Part shown: positions 8,898-18,433 of the stretch, in pieces
Layout: each line of letters starts with the position of its first letter
How positions within the stretch are numbered: position 1 is the stretch's first letter
NCBI GenBank assembly: GCA_902591565.1
Contig: CACJBC010000002.1
Span: 12,114-76,113, forward strand
Source of the DNA: an uncultured SAR86 cluster bacterium
GTDB lineage: Bacteria > Pseudomonadota > Gammaproteobacteria > Magnimaribacterales > D2472
Direction of reading: 5' to 3'
DNA length: 64,000 nucleotides
Translations under genes and position numbers: made by a program
The notes under the pieces: model-generated
What the model was told of the DNA's origin: nothing
Seen by the model: only the letters and a program-made list of their open reading frames with translations
The model's database searches: none

Positions 8898-10583
8898 ATG
8901 GAAACTAAAAGTTACGATTTTATTATTTTAGGAGCAGGCTCAGCTGGGTGTGTTTTAGCTAATAGGTTAAGTTCTAATCCAAATTTTAGAGTATGTTTAA
9001 TTGAGGCAGGCTCAAAAGATAGTGACGTTAGATTAAAAGTTCCTCTTGGTTTTGCTTTTTTAGGTGGTAATAGTAGCTATAGCTGGAATTACAATACAGT
9101 GCCTCAAAAAGAATTTGAAAAAGTTTCAATAACTGAACCCGCATCCTCTGTAGTTGATTCAGCTGGTGGTGTTCATGAAGTCGAATCAGAGATTATGGAA
9201 CATAGGAGAGGCTTCCAACCAAGAGGTAAGACATTAGGAGGCTCAAGTTCTATCAATGCCATGTTATATGTGAGAGGTCATAAGTGGGATTATGATCATT
9301 GGGCAGAATTAGGAAATGAGGGCTGGTCTTTTAAGGAAGTTTTACCTTATTTCAAAAAATGTGAAAACAATGAAATTTTTGATAATGATCTTCACGGTCA
9401 AGGCGGCCCATTAAACGTTGATAAGATTAGGCACAAAAATAAAATTGTAGATGACTTTGTCAAAACAGGATCAAGTATTTTTGGATATAACGAAGACTTT
9501 AATGGCGAAAATCAAGAAGGAATTGGTTATTATCAAACCACTCAGAAAAATGGTAAAAGATGTAGCACTGCTAAAGCATATTTAGTGCCTGCATTAGAAA
9601 GAGATAACCTTACAGTCTTAACTGATACTAATGTTAACAAAATAAATATTGATGATGGCAAAGCAACTGGTGTTCATTGTATTAATGCTGAGGGAAATGA
9701 GTTTTTTATTAAGGCTTCTAAAGAAGTTATATTATCATCTGGAGCTTTTGGCTCACCTCAAATTTTGCTTAGATCAGGCATTGGTCCAGCAGATGAAATA
9801 TTAAAACATGGCATTGCGCATAAATTAGAATTACCGGGCGTCGGAAAAAATCTTCAAGATCATATCGATTATGTAACTGTACATAAATATAAATCAATTA
9901 AACTTTTTGGTTTCTCAATAGGAACTTTATTTTTTAAATACCCATATGAATTATTTAAATATATTCTCACAAAAACAGGAATGTTTACATCAACTGTAGC
10001 TGAAGCAGGCGGATTTATAAGATCAAGAAATGATATTGATATACCAGATACACAGTTGCATTTTTCACCAGGAATGATCGTTGACCATGGTAGGGAGCAT
10101 ATGTGGGGAACAGGAATAAGTTGCCACACCTGTTTACTTCGTCCTAAATCAAGAGGTGAAGTCACTTTGAATTCAGCTGACCCAAAAGATAATCCAAAGA
10201 TTGATCCAAAATTTTTATCTCATCCAGATGATGTAAAAGACATGATTGCTGGATATAAAAAAATGATGAAAATTATGAATAAAGAGCCTGTCTCTAAATA
10301 TACAAGCAAGCATGTTTTAAGACCAATTGATTTAGACGATGATGAAGATATAGAAAAAGCAATTAGAGAAACAGCTGATACTGTCTATCATCCGGTTGGA
10401 ACATGTAAGATGGGAAGTGATGAGATGGCAGTAGTTGATAATAGATTAAAAGTTCATAATCTTAAGGGCTTAAGAGTTGTAGATGCATCTATTATGCCAA
10501 CGTTAATAGGTGGAAATACGAATGCTCCAACAATTATGATTGGAGAAAAAGCATCAGATATGATTATTCAGGATTGGCTATAG
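8898..10583 (+). CDS. GMC family FAD oxidoreductase (choline/alcohol dehydrogenase-like)
   Basis: YDFIILGAGSAGCVLANRLS FAD motif, RGKTLGGSSSINAMLY, and C-terminal HPVGTCKMG...VVDASIMP GMC signatures. AGGAG SD present. Confidence 0.85.
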   Translation: METKSYDFIILGAGSAGCVLANRLSSNPNFRVCLIEAGSKDSDVRLKVPLGFAFLGGNSSYSWNYNTVPQKEFEKVSITEPASSVVDSAGGVHEVESEIMEHRRGFQPRGKTLGGSSSINAMLYVRGHKWDYDHWAELGNEGWSFKEVLPYFKKCENNEIFDNDLHGQGGPLNVDKIRHKNKIVDDFVKTGSSIFGYNEDFNGENQEGIGYYQTTQKNGKRCSTAKAYLVPALERDNLTVLTDTNVNKINIDDGKATGVHCINAEGNEFFIKASKEVILSSGAFGSPQILLRSGIGPADEILKHGIAHKLELPGVGKNLQDHIDYVTVHKYKSIKLFGFSIGTLFFKYPYELFKYILTKTGMFTSTVAEAGGFIRSRNDIDIPDTQLHFSPGMIVDHGREHMWGTGISCHTCLLRPKSRGEVTLNSADPKDNPKIDPKFLSHPDDVKDMIAGYKKMMKIMNKEPVSKYTSKHVLRPIDLDDDEDIEKAIRETADTVYHPVGTCKMGSDEMAVVDNRLKVHNLKGLRVVDASIMPTLIGGNTNAPTIMIGEKASDMIIQDWL

Positions 10584-10895
10584 TTGATAAAAAATTTTCT
10601 TTTTTTTGTTTTATTATCTTCAAGTTCATTAATTGCAGAGGTAATCATTGATGTTAGAACTCCAGAGGAGTTTCAATCTGCTCGTTTAAATAATGCTATT
10701 AATATTGAATGGCAAAATATTCTAAGTCTTCAAAACAATTATAATAAAACTGAAAAAATATATCTTTATTGTCGAAGCGGGAATAGATCTCAAAAAGCAA
10801 CTGAAATACTTATTGATGCGGGATTTATTGACGTAGAAAATTTGGGAAGTCTTGAACAGGCCAGCGAGACACTTAACTTGAAAATTATTAAATAA
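10584..10895 (+). CDS. single-domain rhodanese (sulfurtransferase), exported
   Basis: Signal peptide followed by a rhodanese fold with active-site loop CRSGNRS. TTG start immediately follows the GMC stop. Confidence 0.7.
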   Translation: MIKNFLFFVLLSSSSLIAEVIIDVRTPEEFQSARLNNAINIEWQNILSLQNNYNKTEKIYLYCRSGNRSQKATEILIDAGFIDVENLGSLEQASETLNLKIIK

Positions 10896-10915
10896 ATATA
10901 AACTCAAAGTTATCT

Positions 10916-11857
10916 ATGAAAATAAGCAATATTTTTAGCACACTTAAGCAAAAAAAAGTCACGCAACCTCAAAAAAAAATTATTTCATTTGATGGGGGTG
11001 GTGTAAGAGCAATAGCTGGAATAGTTTTTTTAAAAAAATTAGAGGAAGAAAGTGGTAAAAAAGTTGCTGACATATTTGATATGTTTATCGGCACCAGCGC
11101 CGGAGCATTAAATGCTGCATGTTTTGCATGCGACGGTTTGCAAGCTAATGAAGTAAAAAAATATTGGTCAGAAGAGTATCTCAAAAAAATTATGCAAACT
11201 TCTTTTTTTTGGGATCAAGCCTCATTAATTCAAGCAAGACCAAGATATGAAAACACAGGAAGATTAGATGTTCTAAAAGAATTGTTTAACAACAAGATTA
11301 TAAGTAACACTAAAAAACCACTGATAACATTATGTTACGATATTGAGAAACGAGAACATGTAATCCATTCTTCATTTAAGACTCCTAAGATAAGCATAGT
11401 CGATGCTGTTTGTGCATCAAGTGCAGCTCCAATGTATTTTCCAACTTATCAAATTAGTAACGGCTCATGGATGATTGATGGAGGAGTTGTTACTAATAAT
11501 CCTTCTCTGATTGGTTTTGTCGAGAGTAAAAAGTTTTTTAATACAGAAAATATTAAAGTTTTAAGTATTGGTGCTGCTCTTAATAAAAATAAAATCAAAG
11601 GACCAAGCTCTGCAAAATGGGGTGGTGTTGGTTGGTTAAGAAACGATATCATTGGCATGGTTCTTGATTCGGAAATTCATAATGATATCGCTCAAAATAT
11701 TATTGGCAAAAATTATCTTAGAATTAATTCACCTTTAGGTAACATAAATAGAATGTTAGATGATGCATCTGAAGAAAATCTAGAAAAAATTCACCTACTC
11801 GGTCTTAATTGGTGGGACACATTTGGCGAAGAGACAATAAAGTTTATAAATGAATGA
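10916..11857 (+). CDS. patatin-like phospholipase
   Basis: All three patatin motifs are present: GGGVRA oxyanion hole, GTSAG nucleophile elbow and DGG catalytic Asp (MIDGGVVTNNP). Confidence 0.85.
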   Translation: MKISNIFSTLKQKKVTQPQKKIISFDGGGVRAIAGIVFLKKLEEESGKKVADIFDMFIGTSAGALNAACFACDGLQANEVKKYWSEEYLKKIMQTSFFWDQASLIQARPRYENTGRLDVLKELFNNKIISNTKKPLITLCYDIEKREHVIHSSFKTPKISIVDAVCASSAAPMYFPTYQISNGSWMIDGGVVTNNPSLIGFVESKKFFNTENIKVLSIGAALNKNKIKGPSSAKWGGVGWLRNDIIGMVLDSEIHNDIAQNIIGKNYLRINSPLGNINRMLDDASEENLEKIHLLGLNWWDTFGEETIKFINE

Positions 11858-11919
11858 TTTTTTTTACTTTTATAGTTAATTTTAATGTAAGATAGCTTCT
11901 TTTCACTAACCATTAAAAC

Positions 11920-12165
11920 ATGAACATATACGTTGGAAACATATCTTGGGGTATGAATGACCAAGATTTAGAAAATCTTTTTGCCGAGCATGGTACTGTA
12001 ACTTCTGCAAAAATTATTACTGATAGAATGACAAATAGATCAAGAGGTTTTGGATTTGTCGAAATGAGTGATGGAGCAGAAGATGCAATTGCTGCACTGA
12101 ATGATGCTGAAGTTGAAGGTAGAAAGTTAGTTGTAAACGAATCTAAACCACGCGAATCACGCTAA
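11920..12165 (+). CDS. RRM-type RNA-binding protein
   Basis: 81 aa with RNP-2 IYVGNI and RNP-1 RGFGFVEM motifs. Confidence 0.85.
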   Translation: MNIYVGNISWGMNDQDLENLFAEHGTVTSAKIITDRMTNRSRGFGFVEMSDGAEDAIAALNDAEVEGRKLVVNESKPRESR

Positions 12166-12188
12166 AATAAAATATTTCTTTTATCTAG

Positions 12189-12215
12189 TTTTAAGTCTTT
12201 ATATAAGACTTAAAA
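12189..12215 (+). terminator. AT-rich hairpin after the RRM gene (possible terminator)
   Basis: Perfect 11-bp stem TTTTAAGTCTT / AAGACTTAAAA with a TATAT loop. The downstream T-run is interrupted, so it is weaker than the other terminators. Confidence 0.35.
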
Positions 12216-12250
12216 TTAGATATATTTTTGTATCATATTAATATATGTTC

Positions 12251-12265
12251 TGTAAATTATTTACA
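12251..12265. promoter_or_regulatory. 7-1-7 palindrome TGTAAAT-T-ATTTACA, candidate operator
   Basis: Perfect inverted repeat 24 nt upstream of the candidate -35 of the TonB-dependent receptor gene. No regulator is assigned. Confidence 0.25.
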
Positions 12266-12288
12266 AAATATATATTTTTAATTAATTC

Positions 12289-12317
12289 TTGACGTTTTTC
12301 TTACAATGTTGTCTAAT
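12289..12317 (+). promoter_or_regulatory. candidate sigma70 promoter of the TonB-dependent receptor (TTGACG-17-TCTAAT)
   Basis: Hexamers at 12289-12294 and 12312-12317. Leaves a 5' UTR of about 30 nt containing a GGGGA SD. Confidence 0.35.
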
Positions 12318-12350
12318 TGACCTGTTTTTTTATATAAAGGGGAAAATTCC

Positions 12351-15300
12351 GTGAATAAATATTTATTATCATTATTATTAATGTTGCCTTTTTCTTTTGT
12401 CATCGCTCAAGATGAAACTGAAGAAGAGGTTGAAGATGTGGTGGTTCTAGGCGTTAAACAAAGTTTAATTGACGCTATCGAACTTAAAAGAAGTAAAGTC
12501 GGTGTTACTGAAGCAATTACTGCTGAAGACATTGGTAAATTTCCAGATCAAAACCTTGCTGAATCTTTAGCAAGAATTGCTGGTGTTACCATTGATCGTT
12601 CTAACGTTGAAGGTTCAAAAGTTAACGTTAGGGGTCTTGGTTACATGTTTAACAATGTAACGCTAAATGGAAGATCAATGCCTAATGTTGCTGGTCAATA
12701 CGAGCATGGACGTGGTTTTGACTTTGGTGATATATCATCCCATGGTGTTTCAGCTGTTGAAGTTTATAAATCTTCAAATGCTGTTTTACCTTCAGGTGGT
12801 ATTGGAGCAACAATCAACATGATTACTACTAAGCCTTTAGTTACAGGTGACGCAGCTTCGTTTTCAGTAAGAGCTGTAAATGATACTAAAGTAGTTGCTG
12901 GTGATGATGTAACTCCAGAATTTGATTTCTTATTTAGTAGAGACAGTGAAATGGTTGTTGGTGATTATACTTTACCAATAGGTTTTTCATTATCAGGATC
13001 GCACCAAGAAAGACATAACAGAGAAGTTGGTACTAATGAAATTACATGGGTTCCTGGTGGTTATGGCTATGGTACTGCTGCTGGATTCACTCAAACAGGT
13101 ACTGGAAGAGCTGACGGCGTTGTATTCACTCCAGAACTTGTAGGTATGAAAGCTAAGGACAATGAAAGAATAAGAGAAAATTTACAAGCCACTTTTCAAA
13201 TTGGTCTAGGTGATAATACAACATTAACAGTCGATCATACTGAATCAACTGTTGAGTTCAAAACAACAGGTAGACAACATCAGCAATATTGGGCTGGTTG
13301 GGATATAACCGCAGCAACAGTTTCAGATAATGGTGCTATGCTTCAGGCAAGTATACCCGCTGGTAGTGGTGTTGGTGGTAATGGAAATTCATACGGTATG
13401 GGTTTCTTATATGGTGATTCATTAAAGGAAAATGTTTCTCAGGGTGTTAATCTAGAACACGTTGTTAATGATAGCTTAAGCTTTCAATTAGACTATCATG
13501 AGTCAACTTCTGACTTGGCTAGAAATGGCGACAATGTTATCGAATACACAAATGGTTCTTGGTGGGGATTAACATGGTACGCACCAGTTCAATATGCTCA
13601 TCAGGGAGCAAGAACTGTTGATTTAACAAGTGGACTACCATTTTTAACATCTGAATTCTGTGCAGGCCCAGGCGCAACCTGTAATACTATGGAATTAGGT
13701 GCTGATGATATTTCTCCGAGTAAAGCATATATCTCTGAAGCAGAAGCTTCAGGCGACCTAAGACAATATCAATTTATTGGTGAATACATTAATAACTCTA
13801 ATTCATTCAGTGCTTTAAAAACTGTTGATTTCGGTGTTTCTAAAATCACTAATGAATATAATAATATGAACGCATTTAACAAAAGTGAGGCTGGTAATAC
13901 AGTTGACGGCGATGCTGTTGCTTTATTAGGTGAATTTGTACCTGATAGTGTGTTTACTATGATGGATACTAATGCATGGACCGGAGATTTAGTTTTAGGT
14001 GCACTTCCATGGGCTGATATGACTATTGCAGATGCAATTTACTATATCGAAAGAGCTGGTATGACTAGAGGTGACTTCAATGAACAGCAAGATGGCGGTT
14101 GGTGGTTAGATAAGCAATCATGGGCTTGTACTGCTAACGACGCTGTTGAAGATGGTGTAAATACTGGTTGGAAAACACCTAACGGAAATTATGTATCTAC
14201 TAACGGTAATGATAATGGTCAAATGGTAGCAACATCAGAAAGAGGTGTTCTTTGTGCAGGTGATGCAGATTCAACTCATGGTATTCTTGAGGTAACAGAA
14301 TCAGCTTTTGTTAACCTAAACTTTGAAACTGATATTGATGGCATGCCATTAAACGCTCAGGTTGGTGTTAGATACGAAGAAATTACAAGAACTTCTTCAA
14401 GTATTGCAACTGTTCCTGTGACCACTGTTTGGGGATTTGGTGACTATGCAGCTCCTGTATCTGGTTATTCAAGTTCTGGTGTATACGGATTACAGTTAAT
14501 CACTGAATTTGGTACATACACAGCATCATCTAAAGAAACATATTTACTTCCAAGTATTAATATGAGTTTAGGTTTAGATGATAATCAAGTCGTAAGATTT
14601 GCAGTAAGTGAAACAAACGCTCAACCATCATTATGGCAAGTAAGAGCTGGCTTTGATATGAGTGACTATGACTCATGGAATACTCAACCACAAATTAATA
14701 GTGGTAATCCTGCTCTTAAGCCATATACTTCACAAAATATCGATTTTGCATATGAAAATTATTATGCAGAAGGTAGTTATTTTGCTGTAAACCTTTTCCA
14801 AAAAGAAATTGCTGACTATCACGGAGCGGATTCATTTGTTGGTGGTTTTAATAATGTTCCTGATGTTTTTAACTCAAGAGCTCCAGAAGATCCAGCAAAT
14901 ACATGTTACGACCCAGGTTGGGGTGGTGTAACTCAAAATATTCCAGGCGCATGTTGGGCTAATCTTTTTGAATGGAATGGATATCAGCATCCTACTGCAA
15001 CAGATCCTAATGGATGGCCTGCAGGTACTTATGAAATTAGCAGTCTAGATAACACTAACTGGATTGGTATAGGTGATGAAAATGATGACCTATTAATGTT
15101 TAGACAAACAACACCTATTAATAAGTATGATGCTACTTTAAGAGGGGTAGAGGTTGCTATCCAGCATTTCTTTGAAGGAACTCCATATGGTGTTCAAGCT
15201 AACGTAACTGTGCTTGATTCAGGTGATGAGGCTGATCCATATCATACTGGTGAACAAAGTGCTTTACCTGGATTTGGTAACGGTGCTAACTTCTCAGTCT

Positions 15301-15575
15301 TCTATGAAGATAGCAAATATTCTGCAAGACTTTCATATAACTACAGAGATGAAAGTTACGCCGGTGAAGATCAATTTAACCCTTTATTCATCGAAGCAAG
15401 AGGTCAGTTAGACTTTAATGCATCGTATGTAATAAATGACAACGCTGTTGTTTTTGTTGAGGGTTTAAATATATCTGATGAAGATGTAAGACTATTCTCT
15501 AGATATGAAGAAATGCTTTTCTTATATCAAGATCATGGTCCTATATACAAAGCTGGTTTCAGATATAAGTTTTAA
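12351..15575 (+). CDS. TonB-dependent outer-membrane receptor (large, 1074 aa)
   Basis: Signal peptide, acidic linker, TonB-box-like DVVVLG and plug domain (ITAEDIGKFPDQNLAESLARIAGV). Long beta-barrel ending in an aromatic terminal residue (...GFRYKF). GTG start with GGGGA SD. Confidence 0.9.
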   Translation: MNKYLLSLLLMLPFSFVIAQDETEEEVEDVVVLGVKQSLIDAIELKRSKVGVTEAITAEDIGKFPDQNLAESLARIAGVTIDRSNVEGSKVNVRGLGYMFNNVTLNGRSMPNVAGQYEHGRGFDFGDISSHGVSAVEVYKSSNAVLPSGGIGATINMITTKPLVTGDAASFSVRAVNDTKVVAGDDVTPEFDFLFSRDSEMVVGDYTLPIGFSLSGSHQERHNREVGTNEITWVPGGYGYGTAAGFTQTGTGRADGVVFTPELVGMKAKDNERIRENLQATFQIGLGDNTTLTVDHTESTVEFKTTGRQHQQYWAGWDITAATVSDNGAMLQASIPAGSGVGGNGNSYGMGFLYGDSLKENVSQGVNLEHVVNDSLSFQLDYHESTSDLARNGDNVIEYTNGSWWGLTWYAPVQYAHQGARTVDLTSGLPFLTSEFCAGPGATCNTMELGADDISPSKAYISEAEASGDLRQYQFIGEYINNSNSFSALKTVDFGVSKITNEYNNMNAFNKSEAGNTVDGDAVALLGEFVPDSVFTMMDTNAWTGDLVLGALPWADMTIADAIYYIERAGMTRGDFNEQQDGGWWLDKQSWACTANDAVEDGVNTGWKTPNGNYVSTNGNDNGQMVATSERGVLCAGDADSTHGILEVTESAFVNLNFETDIDGMPLNAQVGVRYEEITRTSSSIATVPVTTVWGFGDYAAPVSGYSSSGVYGLQLITEFGTYTASSKETYLLPSINMSLGLDDNQVVRFAVSETNAQPSLWQVRAGFDMSDYDSWNTQPQINSGNPALKPYTSQNIDFAYENYYAEGSYFAVNLFQKEIADYHGADSFVGGFNNVPDVFNSRAPEDPANTCYDPGWGGVTQNIPGACWANLFEWNGYQHPTATDPNGWPAGTYEISSLDNTNWIGIGDENDDLLMFRQTTPINKYDATLRGVEVAIQHFFEGTPYGVQANVTVLDSGDEADPYHTGEQSALPGFGNGANFSVFYEDSKYSARLSYNYRDESYAGEDQFNPLFIEARGQLDFNASYVINDNAVVFVEGLNISDEDVRLFSRYEEMLFLYQDHGPIYKAGFRYKF

Positions 15576-15590
15576 TCGAACTTTGAAATA

Positions 15591-15622
15591 AAAAAACCGC
15601 TGCTAGTCAGCGGTTTTTTTTT
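15591..15622 (+). terminator. rho-independent terminator
   Basis: CCGCTG-ctagt-CAGCGG flanked by an A-run and a 9-nt T-run. Confidence 0.8.
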
Positions 15623-15648
15623 ATTTAAAAAATATATATACTCAGAGT

Positions 15649-18270
15649 ATGTATAAAAATAAATTATCTCTAGGTTTAATCATAATACTTCTGAGTTCCT
15701 GTGGTGGTGGGGTAACTTTTTCATTTTCAGTTGGCCAAGATAAAGTTGCCTCAACTAATGAAGATGTAGCGCTCTCTGGAAGTTTTTCAAACTCAACCAA
15801 TTTACCATCAACTATTACAACAAGCATTTCATCACCACCAACCAATGGAACTGTTACAGTTACCAATTCAGGCTCATACAATTACACACCGTCTGCAAAT
15901 TTTTTTGGTGAAGATGAATTCTCAATAACTTTTTCAGCTATTCAAAAAGATGAAAACGACCAACCTATAGGCACTGCATTGACTGAAATAAGATCTGTTG
16001 CAGTAACAATCAATCCTGTTAATGATAGCCCGGTAATAGAGGTTTTTGATTTGCCAAACTATGATGAGACCTCATTAATTATAGATAGTTCTTTACAAAT
16101 AAATGCAAGAATTACTGATGTTGATAATGATATTGCCGAATTAAATGTATTCGGTCAAATTGGTAATGAAGTTTTACCAGGTAGTTACTCAGAGCCGGTT
16201 GTTGGTTCACAAGGTGATATGAATCTTCAATTAAGTGGTCTTAATAAAGCAGGCTATCAAGAATTAGATTTTTGTGTATCAGACGGCAGTCTCTCTCAAT
16301 GTGCAAATGGTTTTAGCGCATATTTTATTGCTGATAAACAGGAGATAGATATTGAACACTCTTGTGATGGAGATGGTAATAATTGTTCATCTGATAAACA
16401 TTACCTATATTACATAGTTGGTAACAATTCTGATTCTGCTCAAACAGATTATGTTTTTATTGGCGATCGTTTAACTGAAGATAATGTTGATTCATTTAGG
16501 ACAGAGGTATTAAGATCAATTAATACTCTCAATAGTTCAGACGCCGGTCCATTAATAGATGGTTTTTTTACTGTTGCAGTTATTGAGGAGGTTGCTTTAT
16601 CAGAGTTATCTGCCTTTGAAATTGAAGTTGGATGCTATCCGAGTGTTCCTACTGTGTTTTGCATTGGTGATGTAAGTAGAGAAAGAATTCAAAATGCTTT
16701 TGATTATGATGTTGCAGCTTTTATTACTTCTTTGAGTGGCAGAGGTGTAGCGCAAGGCAATGTTAATATCCAAGATTTTGTTATTGACTGTGATGATACT
16801 GTTCAAAGATGTACTGACGAAGTAGTAATGCACGAACTTGGTCACTCTCATGGATATATGGGTGATGAATATGATTCAGGTTCTGAATACGGAGAAGATT
16901 TACCCAGAGCAGATACATACGTGAATACGACCTCGGTTTCAGATCCTGATTTAGTTAAATGGAAGCATTTTTTTGAAGATCCAAATAATATTCCTGGTCA
17001 AGATTATGATATTTGTTATAACTTTTCTGGTGGTGGGATTTATTATCGAGATCAAGTTGGCAACGGTACTTACCAAGATTGCGAATGTTTCTTTAATCAA
17101 TATCCAGATAATACCGAATTTGACGGATCAAATATTGATGCTGATTGTATGAATAAAGCAGGTTTAATACCTGGAACCTATTACTCAGAAGAGGATACTT
17201 TTAGGCCATTTTATTGGACAGTTATGGAGAGTGATAAAGAACAGGGCTATAACAAAGTAAATCTTGAGGGATTTGCTTTTGGCTCCATTATGAATCAAGG
17301 TTTTGGAGATTTTTCTATTAATGGCGACATTGGTACAGAAGGACTTACTTCTAACTCTGCTTTAGCAAATGATGTTTTGAATATTGATATTAATGCTGTG
17401 TTTGATTCAACAAAATTAAGATTAAAGTGGTTTAAAGATGGGGTAGAACAAACTCAATTACAAAATGATACTTCGGTTCAATTTACAAGACCAAATGATA
17501 ATTCAATAGTCACTTATTCATGGAAGGTAGAGACAATTGGTGATCTTGAAGGAATAGTAGCAGCGCCAAATGATATCGAAAATCCTGTGGATTTTTATGA
17601 AGGTTGGTTCGAGTCATATTATTATTACGAAAGTGATTTAAATCAATTACCCTATGCAGCTCAACAACAATATGTTGGGTCATGGTTATGGTACTCATCT
17701 GAGGATGGATATTTATATGACAATCAAGTTACTTCAAATCAGGAATATATGTTTGCTGAAATATGTTGTTCTATGGGAGCAGCCGTTAAAATTGATTGGA
17801 GCAAATACAATCAATCGTCTTCAGCATCTAATAACTCTAACAACAAAAAAAATAAGTCTGATATTTTCATGTCACCAAGTTCAGATAAAAATGAAAAAGT
17901 GCTTTCCTTAGATTTAACAAAACAAACAATAGTTTTAAATAAACTTGAAGTCAAAAAACCTAATAAAAAAGATATAAAACGCCCATTTATCAAAAAGACT
18001 GATAAATATGTTGTCAATTTTTATGGCAATGAAAATGATCTCATTTATCAATTAGGCATTGGTAATCCTTTTGAAATAAAAATTCAACATATAGGATATG
18101 TAGATAAGCATAATCATGATCACCATCATGATAAATTTATTTTTGAAGATTCTAGGGTTTCTGATATTAAATTAGTTATACCATCAAACATAAATCCTCA
18201 ATTCATTTCTTTATCTAAAAGAGCTAGCAATAACTTTTTTGAAGAAATTACAAGAATACCTATAAATTAG
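15649..18270 (+). CDS. exported lipoprotein with cadherin-like repeats and an M64-like zinc metallopeptidase domain
   Basis: Lipobox LLSSCGG. The INPVNDSPV segment is typical of cadherin-like/VCBS repeats. VVMHELGHSHGYMGDEYD matches the HExxH...DEY pattern I associate with peptidase family M64. Low-complexity and His-rich C-terminus (KHNHDHHHDK). Confidence 0.75.
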   Translation: MYKNKLSLGLIIILLSSCGGGVTFSFSVGQDKVASTNEDVALSGSFSNSTNLPSTITTSISSPPTNGTVTVTNSGSYNYTPSANFFGEDEFSITFSAIQKDENDQPIGTALTEIRSVAVTINPVNDSPVIEVFDLPNYDETSLIIDSSLQINARITDVDNDIAELNVFGQIGNEVLPGSYSEPVVGSQGDMNLQLSGLNKAGYQELDFCVSDGSLSQCANGFSAYFIADKQEIDIEHSCDGDGNNCSSDKHYLYYIVGNNSDSAQTDYVFIGDRLTEDNVDSFRTEVLRSINTLNSSDAGPLIDGFFTVAVIEEVALSELSAFEIEVGCYPSVPTVFCIGDVSRERIQNAFDYDVAAFITSLSGRGVAQGNVNIQDFVIDCDDTVQRCTDEVVMHELGHSHGYMGDEYDSGSEYGEDLPRADTYVNTTSVSDPDLVKWKHFFEDPNNIPGQDYDICYNFSGGGIYYRDQVGNGTYQDCECFFNQYPDNTEFDGSNIDADCMNKAGLIPGTYYSEEDTFRPFYWTVMESDKEQGYNKVNLEGFAFGSIMNQGFGDFSINGDIGTEGLTSNSALANDVLNIDINAVFDSTKLRLKWFKDGVEQTQLQNDTSVQFTRPNDNSIVTYSWKVETIGDLEGIVAAPNDIENPVDFYEGWFESYYYYESDLNQLPYAAQQQYVGSWLWYSSEDGYLYDNQVTSNQEYMFAEICCSMGAAVKIDWSKYNQSSSASNNSNNKKNKSDIFMSPSSDKNEKVLSLDLTKQTIVLNKLEVKKPNKKDIKRPFIKKTDKYVVNFYGNENDLIYQLGIGNPFEIKIQHIGYVDKHNHDHHHDKFIFEDSRVSDIKLVIPSNINPQFISLSKRASNNFFEEITRIPIN

Positions 18271-18330
18271 TTATTAACACAATAATTCTTGGTGTTTTTA
18301 TAATATAATACGCAGCTTCCAATAGTGATT

Positions 18331-18406
18331 GCGGTACTAGCTCAGTTGGTAGAGCGTCTGCTTGCCAAGCAGAAGGCCGCCGGTTCGAGACCGGCGTACC
18401 GCACCA
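18331..18406 (+). tRNA. tRNA-Gly (anticodon GCC)
   Basis: 76 nt, GCGGTACTAGCTCAGTTGGTAGAGCG...GGTTCGAGACCGGCGTACCGCACCA. Anticodon stem TCTGC/GCAGA, loop TTGCCAA. Confidence 0.93.
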
Positions 18407-18433
18407 ACTTAAAGTCCTTTATACTTTTATAGT

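Noticed and set aside
17810-17880. Low-complexity Ser/Asn/Lys stretch (SSSASNNSNNKKNKSD) and many A7-A9 homopolymer runs in coding regions, as possible phase-variation tracts
   Set aside because: Such runs are scattered through housekeeping genes (for example secD at 1521-1528) and fit the AT-rich codon bias. No frameshifted gene halves were seen.
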